Below the pieces are notes generated by a model that was not told where the DNA came from, made no database searches, and saw nothing but the letters and a program-made list of their open reading frames with translations. Below, in pieces: positions 12,520 to 26,219 of a DNA stretch of 64,000 nt. A program made the translations under genes and the position numbers. The stretch spans positions 3,589,795 through 3,653,794 of the forward strand of contig NC_081400.1 in the NCBI RefSeq assembly GCF_030684315.1. Reading direction: 5' to 3'. How positions within the stretch are numbered: position 1 is the stretch's first letter; each line of letters opens with the position of its first letter. Source of the stretch: Stegostoma tigrinum. Lineage: Eukaryota.

Positions 12520-13130
12520 GACGACATTGTTGCAATATTTATGGTGGACATGAAACTTGTAAGATTTTCGATCTATGAGGGAGTAGGGTCCCTCGTAAAG
12601 GATGGAGACAGTTTGATGGAATTGTGAAAGAGACAACGGATACATTTTGATGCAAGAATGTGAAAGCTGATTTGCTTTGGTTAGCTGAAATAGGAGGCTG
12701 TCATTCAAAGCAAGGAGTGTCGTTCCAAACTTGATGCCAAAGAGATTAATCTGGATTTGTCTGTGTATATATCATGTAACGTGGCAAGAATGGTGAAGAG
12801 AGAGATTAATACATACAGTGTCATAGGCTTCATAAATCATCATAAAATCATAAAACAGTGTATCATTCTAAAATTGTCTATTGTGAAAATTCTGTTCACT
12901 GCCACACACCATAGAAAGGATGTGAAGTCTTAAAAGAGAAAGGGCAAGGGAGAGAGAGAGAGAGAAAATGCTGAATTTACATATGATACTGGTGTCAGGG
13001 AAGAGGGCGTTCATGGAAAGAGATTGATCAGAGAAATTGCACCATTACCGTTGATGAAGACAACGGTGAGAGCAGATTTCATCAAGTTGTTTGAAATCAT
13101 GAGGGAATTGAATACAACAGAGAGGAGAAA
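12520..13130 (+). mobile_element. Very old CR1 RT/3' fragment
   Basis: Degenerate nucleotide similarity to the FADDTK-to-3' region of the CR1 at 4161-5864. Confidence 0.5.
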
Positions 13131-13699
13131 GTAGCTCCATCCGCAGAATTTTTTCTTTGTTAGCGTGGGTCAATGGAGTACGGGGTGATATTGATATTTT
13201 GATGAATAATGGTGTTTTGGAAGGATCAGAGATGTATTGATATGACTACAGTGATTGGTTAGACAAGGGAGTATTCGTAAGACAATCGTGCATTCATAGA
13301 ACAACGGTGTATTGTTAGTACAAAATTGTATTGGTATTTTAGTGTTCTATTGTTTGGACAATGGAATATTAGTAGAGAAGTAATGTATCGGGACGACTAT
13401 GGTGTATTGGTAGAACAATGGTGTTGTGAGAGGACCACAGTGTAATGCGATAATTGAATTTTGAGAGAACAATGATGTGATGAAGGAAGAAGGGTACCTT
13501 GGGAAAAACTTTGACATCCTTCGACAGAATTGATGTACTTTGTCTTTGTAATTAATTCTAGATAAGTCGCAGGCCGATAAATGTTTAGTTCACAACTTAC
13601 CCAAGAATACACATGTAACAACCATCAAATAGACATAAACTGGGTCCATGTGGATGCATTACAGGTGAGTTCACTGGAAGAGTGGTCACCATGCAAACA

Positions 13700-14450
13700 A
13701 CAGAACATGCAAATTAGAACCAGGAATGGGCCTTTCTGTCTCTCAAGCCTGCTGTTCCATTCAATAAGATCATGACTGATCAGATTACTCCACATTCCCA
13801 CTTATCTCTTTCACCCCCAAGCTTATCAAGAATCTATCGAACTCAATCTTAAAAGCATTCTGAGATCCTGCCTCCACCCTACTTAATGTCAGACAGTCTC
13901 AAATGCACGAGTCTCTGTGCGAAATGGAAAATTCTCCTGAGCTCTGTCTTAATTTGGTGACCCTTCATTTGAAAACTACAATGGCTGGTAGTTCTATAAT
14001 CTCCCATTTGGGAAAACATATTTTTTACATTCACACAATCAAGATCCCTCAGAGTCTTGTATGTGTCAATTAAGTCAAATCTTACTTTTCTAAGCTCGAG
14101 TCCATATAAGCCAAGGCTGTCTCCTCTTTCCCCATGTGCCAACACACCCATCCTGGATGTTAGTATGGTAAACCCTCTGCAAACTGTCTCCAAAGCATTT
14201 ACATCCTTTCCTGAATATGGTGACCAGTAGTGCGCATGATACTCCAGATGGTGTCTCACCAGCACCTTGTACAGTTGAAACATAAATTCCCCACATTGTA
14301 TTCAATTCCGCTCATGATAAATTATATCTTACCACTTGCTTTCCTGGTTGTTTATTGCACCTGCATCCTTGCCTTCAGCAATCCATGCACTAGGATGCCC
14401 AGATCCCTCTGCATCTTTCAACTCTGCAACCTTTCAATACCTAAGTAGTC
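13700..14450 (-). mobile_element. CR1 3' fragment
   Basis: ORF 13879-14283: QLYKVLVRHHLEYHAHYWSPY...DLIDTYK. Confidence 0.85.
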
Positions 14451-14494
14451 AGTTCTTTACTGTGTTGTCAATGTGTGGAACCCCAGAACATGGG

Positions 14495-16120
14495 AGAGAT
14501 AGTAAACAAATATTTCACCTGGTATTTACTGTGGAGAAAGGTATGGAGGCTAGGGAATTGGGGAAGTAGGTATTGATGTCTTGAAAACAGCCCACAGTGC
14601 AACAGAAGAGGTGCTGGGGGTTTTAAAAAGCAAAACGAAATGTTAAGCCTCCAGGAACTGATCAAGTGTATCCCGAGATACTGTGGAAAGGTCGGGAAAA
14701 ATGCAGGACCCCTAGCAGAAATATTTGCATCATCTACAGCCATGGGCATGGTGCTAGAAAACCGGAAGGTAGCTAATGTTATGGCTTTATTTAAGAAAGG
14801 CTGCAAGGAGAAGACTGGAAACTGTACCCTGTTTCATCTCAAATCATTGGCGAGTAAATTATTGAAGGGGATTCAAAGAGACAGGATTTACATGCATTTG
14901 GAGAGGCAAAAACTAATTAAGTGCAATTAGTATGGCGTTGTCCTTGGGAAACCATGTCTTACAAACTTGTTTGCATTTTTTTGAGGATATGGTCAAGAAA
15001 ATATATGAACACATTGACTTTAGTAAGGACCTTATCAGGGTTCCACATTGTAGATTGCTTAGTAAAGGTGATCACTTGACTGTAGGAGACAGATGGAGGT
15101 GGTGGTGGGTTGTTTCTCAAACTGGAGGCCTGTCACTAATGGTGCTGTGTAGGGACTGGTGCTGGGTCCACTGTTGTCTGTCATTTATACGAACAAGTTG
15201 GATAGGAATATAGGAAGCTTATTGATAAGTTTGTGGATGACACCAAATTTGGTGGTATCGTAGACAGTGAGGAAGATTCCTAAGGAAACAGAGGAATCTT
15301 ATTCATGTAGGTCAAAGGGCTGAGGAGTAGCAGATGGACTTTAATTTAGACTAATGTGAAGTGTCACATTTTGGTAAGATGACCAAGGGCAGGATTCATA
15401 GTAGGGCCCTGGGAGCCTTGCCAACCAGAGAAAACTTAGAGTTCAGGTCCATACCTCTTTGAAATTTGTGTCTCTGGTGGAGAAAGTGGCAAGAATGTGC
15501 CTTCATTGATCAGACCATTGAGTACAGGAGTAGGGACATCATGACCTGGTTCTGAAGGACGTTGATGAGGCCACTTTTGGGGAACTGTGTACAGTTCTGG
15601 TCACCTCGTTATGTGAAGGACATTTTTCATTTGGAATTAGTGCAAGGATGATACAGAGGAATGTTACTGGGCCTTGAGCGTTGGGTTATATGGAGAGGCT
15701 GGATTAGCCCAGACGTTTTTCCACTAGTGTGTATGACTTTGAGAGTTGACCTAACAGCGGTTTATGAGATAAAAATGAGGAAATTAAATACTAAATGCCA
15801 AAGATCATTTCCCTAGGGTTGGGGAGTTCCATATTAGTGGATACAAATTTAAGGCAATTGTGGAAAGATTTACAATGGCTCTGAGGGGCAACTTTTCACA
15901 CTGAGGATGGTTTGTATGTGGAATGAGCTGACAGGGAGTGGTAGATGCGGGTGCAGTTACTCATTTAAAAGATGTTTGGACAGGTACATGAATACAGAAG
16001 ACTTAGACGGATACAAGCCAAATTCAGTCACATGAGACTGGTTTAGTTTGGGAAAATTGTTAGTCATGGATGAGTTGAATATCAGGGTTGATTTCCATCC
16101 TGTGTGACGCTACGACTCTA
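14495..16120 (+). mobile_element. Decayed CR1 RT and 3' UTR
   Basis: AGPLAEIFASS..VANVMALFKKG, IDFSKDL.RVPH, AAGTTTGTGGATGACACCAAA (KFVDDTK), ending in a CTACGACTCTA tail. Confidence 0.85.
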
Positions 16121-16560
16121 TATTCTCATCCCTGTCACTGGATGGTATGGTACCTGATACTTGTCCTCATCCCGTTGGATAGATGAAACTGTAAGTGATG
16201 TATAGTAGAAATATAAACATACACGCATATTCATCCCTGCTGCTCGATGCTAATATGACTGAGATATTCATTTTTAAGTAAACACCCACACTCATTTCCA
16301 CCACTGGAAGACGCTGTAACTGATATGAGATCTGATCACTGGTGCCGAGTGGCACTGTAACTGAAGAAGGGTTTCAAATCAACCTATTGACTTTCCTGCA
16401 TTCCGACCTGCTGTGATTTTCCAGCCTCGTTCCTACAGATTATATCTGTACCCCAGTGACTGTGTGCTGCTGTGACTGATATATACATCCTCAGTTCCAT
16501 CCCAGGGTGACGTTGCAATTGGAGTGTTCATCCAGCCTTACGCATCACTTCCCTTACATT
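16120..16560. repeat. Degenerate 41-bp minisatellite (3'-flank marker); other copies at 24030-24200, 25320-25690, 52280-52492
   Basis: Unit ~TGTGACTGATATATATCCTCATCCCTGCTGCTGGGTGATGC, with exact 41-bp phase at 25473/25514/25555/25596/25637. Three arrays end in CATCACTT(C/T)CCTT. Confidence 0.75.
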
Positions 16561-16919
16561 CACAACAGGCCTGGAAGAGGTGTCAGAGAAAAGGAGGGGT
16601 GCAAGGCTGGAGGAAGTTACAGAAATGGGAAGTGGTGACATGGCTTCAGTAGGTTACAGAGATTAGAAGGGTGCTAGAGGAGATGCCAGAGACAGGGAAG
16701 TGGGTAGAAGCTGTTGGAGGTAACAAAGGATGGATGGGGTGTAGGAACTACAGCAGGTTTCAGGGACAGTGAGGGGTAAAGGGGATAGAGAGTGCTACAG
16801 AGGTAGGGAGAGGTGTAGGAACCTGAGGGTGTTACAGAGATTTTGAGTTTTGTCGGGGCTGGAGAATGTCACAGAGATAGGGAGGGATGTAGGAGCTGGT
16901 GTGATATCCAGTGAGGAAT

Positions 16920-17400
16920 CAAAGGGGTGGGAGCAAGAGTGAAATGGAGAATGACAGAATCCAGTGGATAAACAACAGGAGTCCACTTTGGTAATTTTGA
17001 GTGAACCACTCCTTGGCTGTTGGTCTGTTTGTGTAAATGTGTGACATGTCTGAGAAGGTGGGGCTTTGATAGATCCTCTGCAACTTCCCTCATGCTCGTG
17101 GGGGAAAGCACAGCTGCCTGTGTGATGTGTTGGAGCTGACCACTGATGGTGCCACGGGGTGCCGTTACTGGTGCTGCTGCTAATGTCTCAGTGATCAGAG
17201 CAGTTTTCAGTTCCTCAGACGACATGAACTTCCCCTTCCTGGCCTTCTGGGGTGAGTGACCACACCACCTGCAGCTCTTTCACAAACAACCTGAAAACAG
17301 CAAGGCTTCAACTCTGGGGAGCTAAAATGAGACTCAAAAGCCAAGCAGTTCCCCCGAGGTCGAAGTTGAGGGAGTGCCCTCAGTAAATTCAGATGGCGAG
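16920..17400. promoter_or_regulatory. Candidate B-cell enhancer, copy A (EICE, E-boxes, RUNX, ETS)
   Basis: Minus-strand TGAGGAACTGAAAAC 17203-17217; CAGCTG 17111-17116; ACTTCCCCTTCCT 17228-17240; ACCACA 17259-17264; CACCTG 17266-17271; TGTTTGTGTAAAT ~17026-17038. Confidence 0.55.
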
Positions 17401-18420
17401 GCAGCTTTGGTACTGGCTCTTCGCCTGTGTGATTCATCACTGGTGCGGCTTTAATCAGACTGCTAAGAGCAGTTGTTGTATGGTCACTTTCAAACTAACA
17501 AAACCTTTTAATGCAACCAGAGATTCCATCTAAGAAAGAGAAGGCAATGTAACCCAGCAACGTTGCTACATGATTTAGAACAATCAAGGCTAATTGCAAT
17601 ACAATTCTACTTTCCTCTCACATATCCCTCAATTCACTTTGTGCACCAAACTCTACCTATTAGAGTCTACCATAGGCAGAGAGAATGCCACAGATTCATC
17701 ATAATTTCTCTTCATCTCAGTCCAAATTGTCTGCTCCCTTAAACTGGAACATTTTCTAGACTCCCCAGCTGGTCTGGTTTGAATGGGAGGGCTTGAGTGT
17801 TGATGAACAGTCTCTCCACATCAACCCTGTCAAACTCTCTCAAACGTTTGTACATTTCAATGGGATCCCCTCACCTTCTAAGTGCAAAAGGTTATAGGCC
17901 CACTGTACTCACCAGACAGCCCTTCCCCTTGGTGAACTCCATTGTGTTCCTTCAGGGTTGGATCTTTCATTCCATAGGTGTGGAGACACAACTGCACACA
18001 TTGCTGCAGGAGAAGTCTTACCAACTCATTGTAAAATCTTGACTGCTGGGCATTCTTAATCCACCTGCTTAGATACGTCATGACAAATCTCTGAAATAGG
18101 TGAAACTTCAACTCAGAATTCCTCTCTCAAAGTAAAGAAACTATCTCTGCACCATAAAGGGCCTAAAGATCCTTCCAGTTACATCTTTCCCTCTCTCAAT
18201 AAACCTTTATACACTATTTCCACAAGCATTTGCTCTCTCCACCACCTACGCTCAATAGCAGCAGTGCATTCCAAATGCAAAATGCACTGCAGAAATTCGC
18301 CAAAGATTCTTAGCGTCTTCAAACCTATGTCCACGCCCATGTAGAAAGGAAAAGGTAGCTCATACATGGGAACAACTTGCCGTACGAGTTTCCCTCCAAG
18401 CCACTTACCACCATGACAAG

Positions 18421-18783
18421 GTAATGTATGGCTTGGAAAGGGTGGACGCTGGGAAGTTGTTTCCGTGAGGCGGGGAGACTAGGACCCATGGGCACAGCCT
18501 TAGAATTAGAGGGGGTAAATTTAAAACGGAAATGAGGAGACATTTCTTCAGCCAGACAGTGGTGGGCTTGTGGAATTCATTACCACGGAGTGCAGTGGAG
18601 GCCGGGACGTTAAATGTCTTCAAGGCAGAGATCGATAAATTCTTGATCTCACAAGGAATCCGGGCTACAGGGAGAGTGCAGGGAAGCAGAGTTGAAATGC
18701 CCATCAGCCATGGTTTAAATGGCAGAGTGGACTCGATGGGTCGAATGGCCTTACTTCCACTCCTATGTCTTATGGTCTTATGA
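18421..18783 (+). mobile_element. Young CR1 3' end inserted only in copy A
   Basis: RHFFSQTVVGLWNSLP..FKAEIDKFL; (TCTTATGG)n tail; absent from the paralogous sites at ~34965 and ~39960. Confidence 0.85.
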
Positions 18784-20679
18784 CTTGGAAACAGATCAGC
18801 TATTTCTTCAGTGTTGATAGGTCAAAATTCCCTCCCTCATGGCACTATAGATGTTCCTACACTACACAGACTGCAGCATTTCAAGAAGGCACCTTACCAC
18901 CAACTTCTCAAGGGTCAACTAAGGATGAATAATAAATGCTGTCCCAACCAGGGAGCTCACATCCCACATGTGAATAAAAGAAAAACCTTTGTTTTGCTAA
19001 GATAACAAAGTGTGAAGCTGGATGAACACAGCAGGCCAAGCAGCATCTCAGGAGCACAAAAGCTGACGTTTCGGGTCTAGACCCTTCATCTGTCTGTGAG
19101 GATGCTTGTTAACTTTCTCAATTCCCTTTAACTGAAATCGTTCTGACAATTCCTCTAAGAGCCAAAATATTCCAGCCCTTTCAGAAATAAACTGCCTGTC
19201 TATTCCTCCAACCGGAATGAACAACTCACATTTTCCCACATCAAAGTCCATCTTACACTTCCCTATGCAATTACTAATGCCAGCTATATCATTTTTCAGC
19301 CTTGCTCTTCCACTTCAAAACCTACTCCCTCCCTACTCTCCACCCCCGGGAGTTTCATATCTTCATCGCTTTGTGGCGATTTATCTTCACTGATGATTGC
19401 ACCATTAAAAATCGTTACAAGCCAGAGTTCAACAATAAATGTCCTCACCAAGGATTTGGACTCAAAAGCAGAGCTGTGAATAGGTACTTGAAAGGGATGT
19501 GATGGATATTTGAAAAATAATTGGAGGGTTCAATCAAAAATGAAAATCTTAGATTCATAAAGATCTCAAGCATAGAACAATGTATTTAAGCCCATCAATA
19601 TTGTGCCAATCAAAAACAACATCCTAACTATCCTAATTCCATTTTCCAGCACTTGGCCCACAACTTCGGCATTGCAACTGCACACCTGAATACTTCTTCA
19701 GTTATATGAGGATTTCTGCCTCTACCATCTTCAGAGGAAAGCAGTTACAGATTCCCACTGCCTTCTGGGTGAAAGCAACTTCCCTCACACATCCTCAAAA
19801 CATCCTGCCCCTTACCTTAAATCTATGATCCCTTGCCAATGAGCTCTCTACAATGGGGTAAAGCTCCATCCCGTCCATCCTATCTATGATCCTCATGATT
19901 TTATGCAGCTTGCAGCACTTCTGCCAATGAATAGGCAGCCAGCCCAGAGTGGCCTGCAAGCTTGGGACAGTTGCCAGATCAAGCCAGACACAGGATCCAA
20001 TCTGAACCATCCCCAAGTGTTTCACCAAATCTCCTCTGAGGTGGTATAATCGGACATAACAATGTTTAAGAGGGATTTAGACAGGCACACGAGCACGTAA
20101 GGAATAGAGGCATATTTGTCATGGATTCAGTTTGGAATGGCATTGTGGCCCACACGGACATGGTTGCCTAAGGGCCTAACCCTATGTTGTACTCTTTATT
20201 CTATGCTATATATCTTCGCACAGTTTCCTCTTCTCCAAGGAAAATAAGTCCAATGTATCCTCTGTATCTTAATGACTGAAATCTTCCAGCTCAGGCAACA
20301 TTTTGATAAATGTCCTCTGCACCATCGCCAGTGCTATCACGTTGTCCCTGTCATGTGGACACCCGAACTCTGCCCAATATTCTCTAGCTGTGGCCTAACC
20401 ACCATTTTATACAGTTCCCAACTCAATCTCACTATTTTTATTCTATTGAGCAAAGGTTCATTCTTGGGTCTGATTCATCCAGCATTTCTATTGGCCAGAA
20501 TCAGGATGTTAGTTGAATAAATTTCAGATGAATCACTGTCTTTTCTTAAACAATTGGCCACTTGAATGTATTAGACAAAAAGAGGAGTTGTGTGGTGAGA
20601 TATCCTGTATGGATTGGATTGTTAGAATTGCTTATGCTTCGGGTAGCAAAAGGCATTTTTTAGATTATTTGAAATCTCC

Positions 20680-21150
20680 AGGTCGGACTTACACAGTTAA
20701 CAGTAGGGCCCTAATTAGAGTTGAAAAACAGAGAGACTAGGAGTGCAGGTGCATTGTTCTTTGAAAGTGATCTCACAGGTGGACAATGTTTGGCGCACTT
20801 CTGTTCAGGACTGAGTACAGGAATGGGAGGTCATATTACAGCTGTAGAAGGCATTGGTAAGGCCCCGTTTGGAGTACCACACACAATCCTGGTTGTCCTG
20901 TTGTAGGAAGGATGTTAATAAACTCGAAAGGGTGCAAAAAGGTTTAGAGGATGTTACCACGTTTGGAATTTTAAGGAGAGGTTCAATAGGCTGGGCATGC
21001 GGCAGGCTGAGAGGTGACCTTATCGAGGTTTACAGAATCTTCAGGGGCATAGGTGAAGTGAATAGCCAAGGACCTTTCTGCAGGGTAGGGAAACCCAGAA
21101 CAGGAAGGCATAGTTTTAAGGTGAGAGGGAAAAGATTTAAAAGGGACCTG
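20680..21150 (+). mobile_element. CR1 3' fragment, paralogous to 42490-43255 but cut short at the deletion breakpoint
   Basis: VRPRLEYHTQSW...RLRGDLIEVYRI; ends at ...AGGGACCTGAG, whereas copy C continues to its tail. Confidence 0.8.
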
Positions 21151-24100
21151 AGTAGGGGGAAGAGTTAGGGTAAGCAATAGCCAGATCACTCCTTCATTCA
21201 CAGTACCAACTAACAGCAGGATGGAGATATGTCTACTCTCTGTGTTTTCATGTTTAAACCTTTGCGTTTCTTCTTGTGCCAGCACGTTGATGTGGAACTG
21301 AGGACAAAGCATTCCCCACCCAAAGGTCTGTCAAGTACCAAGGATTAATTGCTGCTCATTGGCAGACATAGGCTTTCAGAAGACTTGCCGGCAATGGAGT
21401 CATTTATTAATATATTTTAAAAAGGCTTTCCAAATTAAAAACTATAAACTTCATTCCATGCAAGTGGAAGCAACACCCGCTATCACAGACCCACAGAAAT
21501 GTGGTTGACTCTTAACTGCTGTCTGGGTAATTAGGGATGGGCAACAAATGTTGCCTGAGCTAGTGGCACCCGCATCCCGTGAATGAATAAAAGTAACCTC
21601 ACACCTACATTTCCACACATACATAGACACATCATATTGTCTTTTTTTACACACTTAACTCTCTCTCCCTCACATACACACACACCTTGTATCTTTTACA
21701 CACATTCTTTCTCATGATGAGGAGATGCCAATGTTGTACTGAGGAGAACCAAGTCAGAAGTGAAACATCATCAGGTCATAGTTTTATAAGCTTATTTGAA
21801 ATCACAAGCTTTCCAAATGCTGCTCTTTCATCAGGCCAGGTGCTCCTTCGTCAGCAGTGCTCAAAATGCTTGTGATTTCAAATAAGCTTGTTGAATTATA
21901 ACCTGGTGTTGTGCGATTTCTGACATGCTCACTTGAACACACATATATAAAGACTTTCTCTCACACACATACTCACATGTTCTCGCTTGCATGCACTCTC
22001 TCTGATTTGCCCCTCTCTCACACACACACACCCTTCCGCTCACACATGTGCACTTTCTCTCTTGCGCATACCCTCACTCCCTCTTTCTTACACGCTCACA
22101 CTTTCTTTTTTCGCATATTCTCACTGACATAGAGACACAATCTATCTCTTACATACTTTCTCTAACTCTCCCTCTCTCTTACACATCCTCTCTCTCACTC
22201 TGTCTCACATATGAACTCTCTACACACTCACACTTTCTCTTTTTCACACTGTCACTCTCACACATTCTCTTTCTCTTAAATGCTCTCACTGACTCCACCC
22301 CTCTCCTACCCATATTCAATCTAACTCTGTTTCACATATTCACTCTTTCATACATATTCAGACTTTCTCTTTTTCACATTCTCACTCTCACGCACACTCA
22401 TACGCTCTCTCTTTGACACACTCCCTCTAACCGTCCCCTCTCTCTTACATGTACAGTCACTAATTGTCTCACACACACACCCTCTCTGTCACACACATCT
22501 GTTCTCTCTTTCACAGTCTCAGTACCACATGATCTCTCATACACACACTTTCTTTCTCTTACATGCACTCTCTCTAATGCATTTTCTCATGTACATATTC
22601 ACATATTCTCTCCTTTTCACACACTATGACATGTAAAGTCCTGCAGAAATTCTCTTCCTCTCTCACACACACACTTCCTCAGGCAATCACTTTCACACAC
22701 TCATATTCAGAGCCCAGTACAAGGGGGGTGCTGTCTGTCAGGATATCGAGTGAGTCATTTGGAACTGAGATGAGGAGAAAGTCTTCACTCAGGGAATCGT
22801 GAACTGGTGGAATTCTCCAGCACAGAAGGTTGGGGAGGCCAAGTCATTGAAGATATTCCAGAAATATATAATTTTCCAGAGCTAAAGATGTTGAAGTGTG
22901 TAGTCAAGAGCGGAAGAATGCCATTGAGATACAGGTTGAAAAATGATTGCAATGAATTGCAAAGCAGACCTAGTAGACGAAATGGTCTAATACCATTCCT
23001 ATATTTTTTGTGTTTGATTCTGGTACATAGATGCACACATGCAATGCACGCATGTGTGTGCATGCGTACACTCATACACATACACACGTGCGCGCGCGCG
23101 CGCGCGCACACACACACACACACACGAGCCTTCACCACTGATAGAGGGTGGAAACTAAATTTGAACATAGTTAAAGTTTCATTCCAAAATTATCCAGGAA
23201 TTTGTAAGTCCTATACATGAACATAATAATCCTGGGGCTAAATGATTAGCAAAAACACACACCGGAAAGAGAAGAGACAAACTAGAAGTTGCTGGAAAAG
23301 CTCAGCAGGTCTGGCACCTGTGAAGAGAAATCGAGGTTAACATTTCAAGTCCTGTGATCCTTCCTCAGAACGAGGCGAGATTCGTCTTATGAGCAGTTTC
23401 GGCCTGTAATCATCAGTTCTTAGAAGAAAGAAAGGAGAACTAATTTAGGTGGATAAGATGTTGTAGGGATTGACAACGTAGACGTAGAGAGGATGTTTCC
23501 TCAAATGGGGCAATCTAGATGGAGAGGTCATGTTTTTAAGATAAGAGGTTACAGATTTAAAACAGAGATGAGGAGGAATGATTTCTCTCAAAGGGTTGTG
23601 AATCTATGGAGTGTGGTAGATGTTACATCACTGAGTAACTTTGAGGAGAAAATGGGTTTAAATTTAAGAATGGGTCAAGGGGACTATCAAGTGTGCGCAG
23701 GAAATTGCAGTTGAGGCTGAGATGAGATTAGCTAAGACTGTATTGTATGGAGGAACAGGCTAGAAGGGCTGAATGTCTCCCCCCTCTCAGATCTCATGCA
23801 ATTTTAAGACTCCTGCAGAGAATAGACAACCTTGCAAAATCTGGGTGTCCATAGCCTGAACAGAAACAGAGAGTCGATCCAGAATGTTTGACAAAACTCA
23901 TTTTTTCAGCTATTTCCCAGCCCAAAATCGAAAGAAAGTACACTGACTGAAGAAACAGCTCAATGCTACTATTAAGTGGTTCCTCTTGTTGGATTGGAGC
24001 CCAGGCTCGGCATCTACTGCAGGTGGGCACCATTATCATCCCTGCCACAGAGTGGCACTGTGACTGATGTGTGTGTCCACAGCAAAACCGATAATTGGCT

Positions 24101-24219
24101 CTGTGACTGAGATATATTTTCATCTCTTCCGCTAGGTAGTGCTGTGACATCTATCTACTGTGTGCACACACTCATCCCTGCTGCTAGATGGCGATGAGTT
24201 TTTGAGTTATTTGCTGTCA

Positions 24220-24880
24220 CACAAATTGCCTGATTTATTATTGTCACATGCAGCTAGAAACAGAGAAAGTTTTGTTTTGCATGCAGTACAGACAGATCAA
24301 AAGATACAACATGCATTAGGGTAACAACACAGAGAGAAGAATATCATGTTATCGCCACACAGAAGGTGCACAAAGAACGAGATCAACATAAAATTTACAA
24401 TGTGAGAGGCTCATTCAGAAGCCTAACAACAGCAGGGAAGAAGCTGTTCCTGAATCTGTTCACATGTGTGTTTAAATTTTTGCAACTTCTGCCCGATGGA
24501 GGACGTTAGAAGTGATTATAACTGAGGTGAGAATACATTTTAATTGTGCTGGCTACCTTCTCGAGGCAGTGAGAAGCACAGATAGAGTTAATGGAAAGAA
24601 AGTTGGCTTGCATGATTAATTGGGCTGTGTACACAACTCTCTGTAGTGTCTGCTGGTCTTCAGCAGAACCGGTGCCATACCAAACCATCTGTTAGATTGA
24701 TTTAAACGGCGCATCTGCAAAAATTACAAAGAATGTTTGCGGACATGCCAAATTTCCTTAGTGTGCGGAGGAAGCAGAGGCATTGTTGTGCTTTCCTGGC
24801 TAGATATGACAGGATGTTGGTGATCAACAATCCTCAGAACTTAATGCTTTGAACCCTCTCCACCTCAAAGCCATTGATGT
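24220..24880 (-). mobile_element. Rex1/Babar-type LINE 3' fragment
   Basis: WYGTGSAEDQQTLQRVVYTAQLIMQANFLSI; same family as 62100-62490. Confidence 0.7.
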
Positions 24881-25189
24881 AGAAAGGTAGGTGAAATGCA
24901 CTTTGTCACCATAATCCTGCGCTGATTAGAGTTAAACAAAGAATAAAAAGTAATTGCATCAACATGGTTCATTCTCTGTACAAGCGGTCTTCAAACAGCT
25001 CTCTGGCTTCTGAAAAGTGTCTCCAACGTTTTTGGGGCCCTGAGGAAACCCTGTTCCATATACGCTGATGATAACACCACCAGGAGTCCATGTTTCAGGC
25101 ATACTACAGCTAGTAGTACCCACTCAGGGCACCAGCTCCACCTCAGTGACCCACCACAACAATCGAGAATACCCACATCATTGCCACCG

Positions 25190-25285
25190 TTGATGACTGC
25201 TGACCCCAGTATTTGCAACTCAGATTGAAATCTGAATCCATTCCTCACAGTCCTTGCATGTCCACAGCTTCTCCTTGTTATAATG
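25190..25285 (-). pseudogene. Single decayed C2H2 zinc-finger remnant
   Basis: The minus strand reads EKLWTCKDCE, then after a 1-nt frameshift NGFRFQSELQI, matching the EKPWKCxDCGKGFxxxSxLxIH finger pattern. No further fingers are recognisable. Confidence 0.5.
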
Positions 25286-26025
25286 ATGTGCGCGTTGTGA
25301 ATATCCTCAACCCAGTGGTTGGACTGATATATATCCTGTTTCCCAATGCTATGCAGTGCTGTAGCTAACATACAAAAATATATAGACACATTAATCGCTG
25401 CAGCCAGGTGAGGATATGAGAGACTTTTTTATTTTAAATAAATATGAGCTCTCATTCTGCCGCTGGTGACAGTGTGACTGATATTTATCCTGATCACTGC
25501 TGCTGGGTGATACTGTAACTGCTATACATCTCCATCCTTAGTGCTGGGTGCTACTGTGACAAACATATATCCTCATCCCAACTATTAAAAGGCGCTCTGA
25601 ATGAAGTACATCTTCATCCACGCTGCTTTGTGATGCTGTGACTGACAGTTTGCTGCGCGGCTCCAATATTCATCACTTTCCTTACATGTTCCCCTAAGCC
25701 AGCTTTTCTGCTCTTGTGTGATCTCAAATCATATTCGCTGCAACTTCTCTTACACGTCTACTAGTTCAACAACATGACCAAACAGCCAGTCTGGGAAGAG
25801 GGGTCACTGGAGGGATCATCAACTGCAGTTTCACTAATTACATCAATAGTTTTAATGAAGGCATTATTTTCTCCTGCCTTTCCGAGGCATTGATTTGAGG
25901 GGTGGGAAATCTCTGTCTTCCTATGCACAAGGACTGGAAGTAAGACACTTCATTCCCAGTTCCTCCCGCTTGGATTACTGGAAAATTGTCTGCGTGCCCA
26001 CACTCCTTATTGCTCCTCTCTAGAA

Positions 26026-26039
26026 CCACTAGGTGGTGC
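26026..26039 (+). promoter_or_regulatory. CTCF-like motif (forward)
   Basis: CCACTAGGTGGTGC vs consensus CCASYAGRKGGCRC. Motif match only. Confidence 0.4.
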
Positions 26040-26219
26040 TTTGATATACACATGTCCACAGCCAAGCTGAGCTGACTGGCTCTAACAATTGCAGCTACAA
26101 TCGTCTGCCATTAATAGGAGGTCCTGGGTTTCCAAAGCGTGCAGATCCCCAAAGGTTTCCAAACAGCTTCATTGCTTTCTGTTTTTCTGCAACAACATCG
26201 ACACTAAACTTCAGTCTGT

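Larger units (their letters stand above)
16570..25690 (+). repeat. Segmental duplication copy A: 5' and 3' flanks of the light-chain cluster with no V/J/C gene
   Basis: 16.6-21.15 kb is collinear with ~37.5-43.0 kb (e.g. 19460 CTCAAAAGCAGAGCTGTGAATAGG vs 40839; 20443 CTATTGAGCAAAGGTTCATTCT vs 41814). 22.7-24.2 kb is collinear with 49.3-52.4 kb (e.g. 23222 CATAATAATCCTG..GCTAAATGATTAGCAA vs 49824). Confidence 0.8.

Noticed and set aside
21150-21430. RAG signal joint or RSS at the deletion breakpoint of the empty cluster
   Set aside because: Only CACAGTA (21199) with no nonamer and no heptamer-heptamer joint, so RAG-mediated deletion is unsupported.
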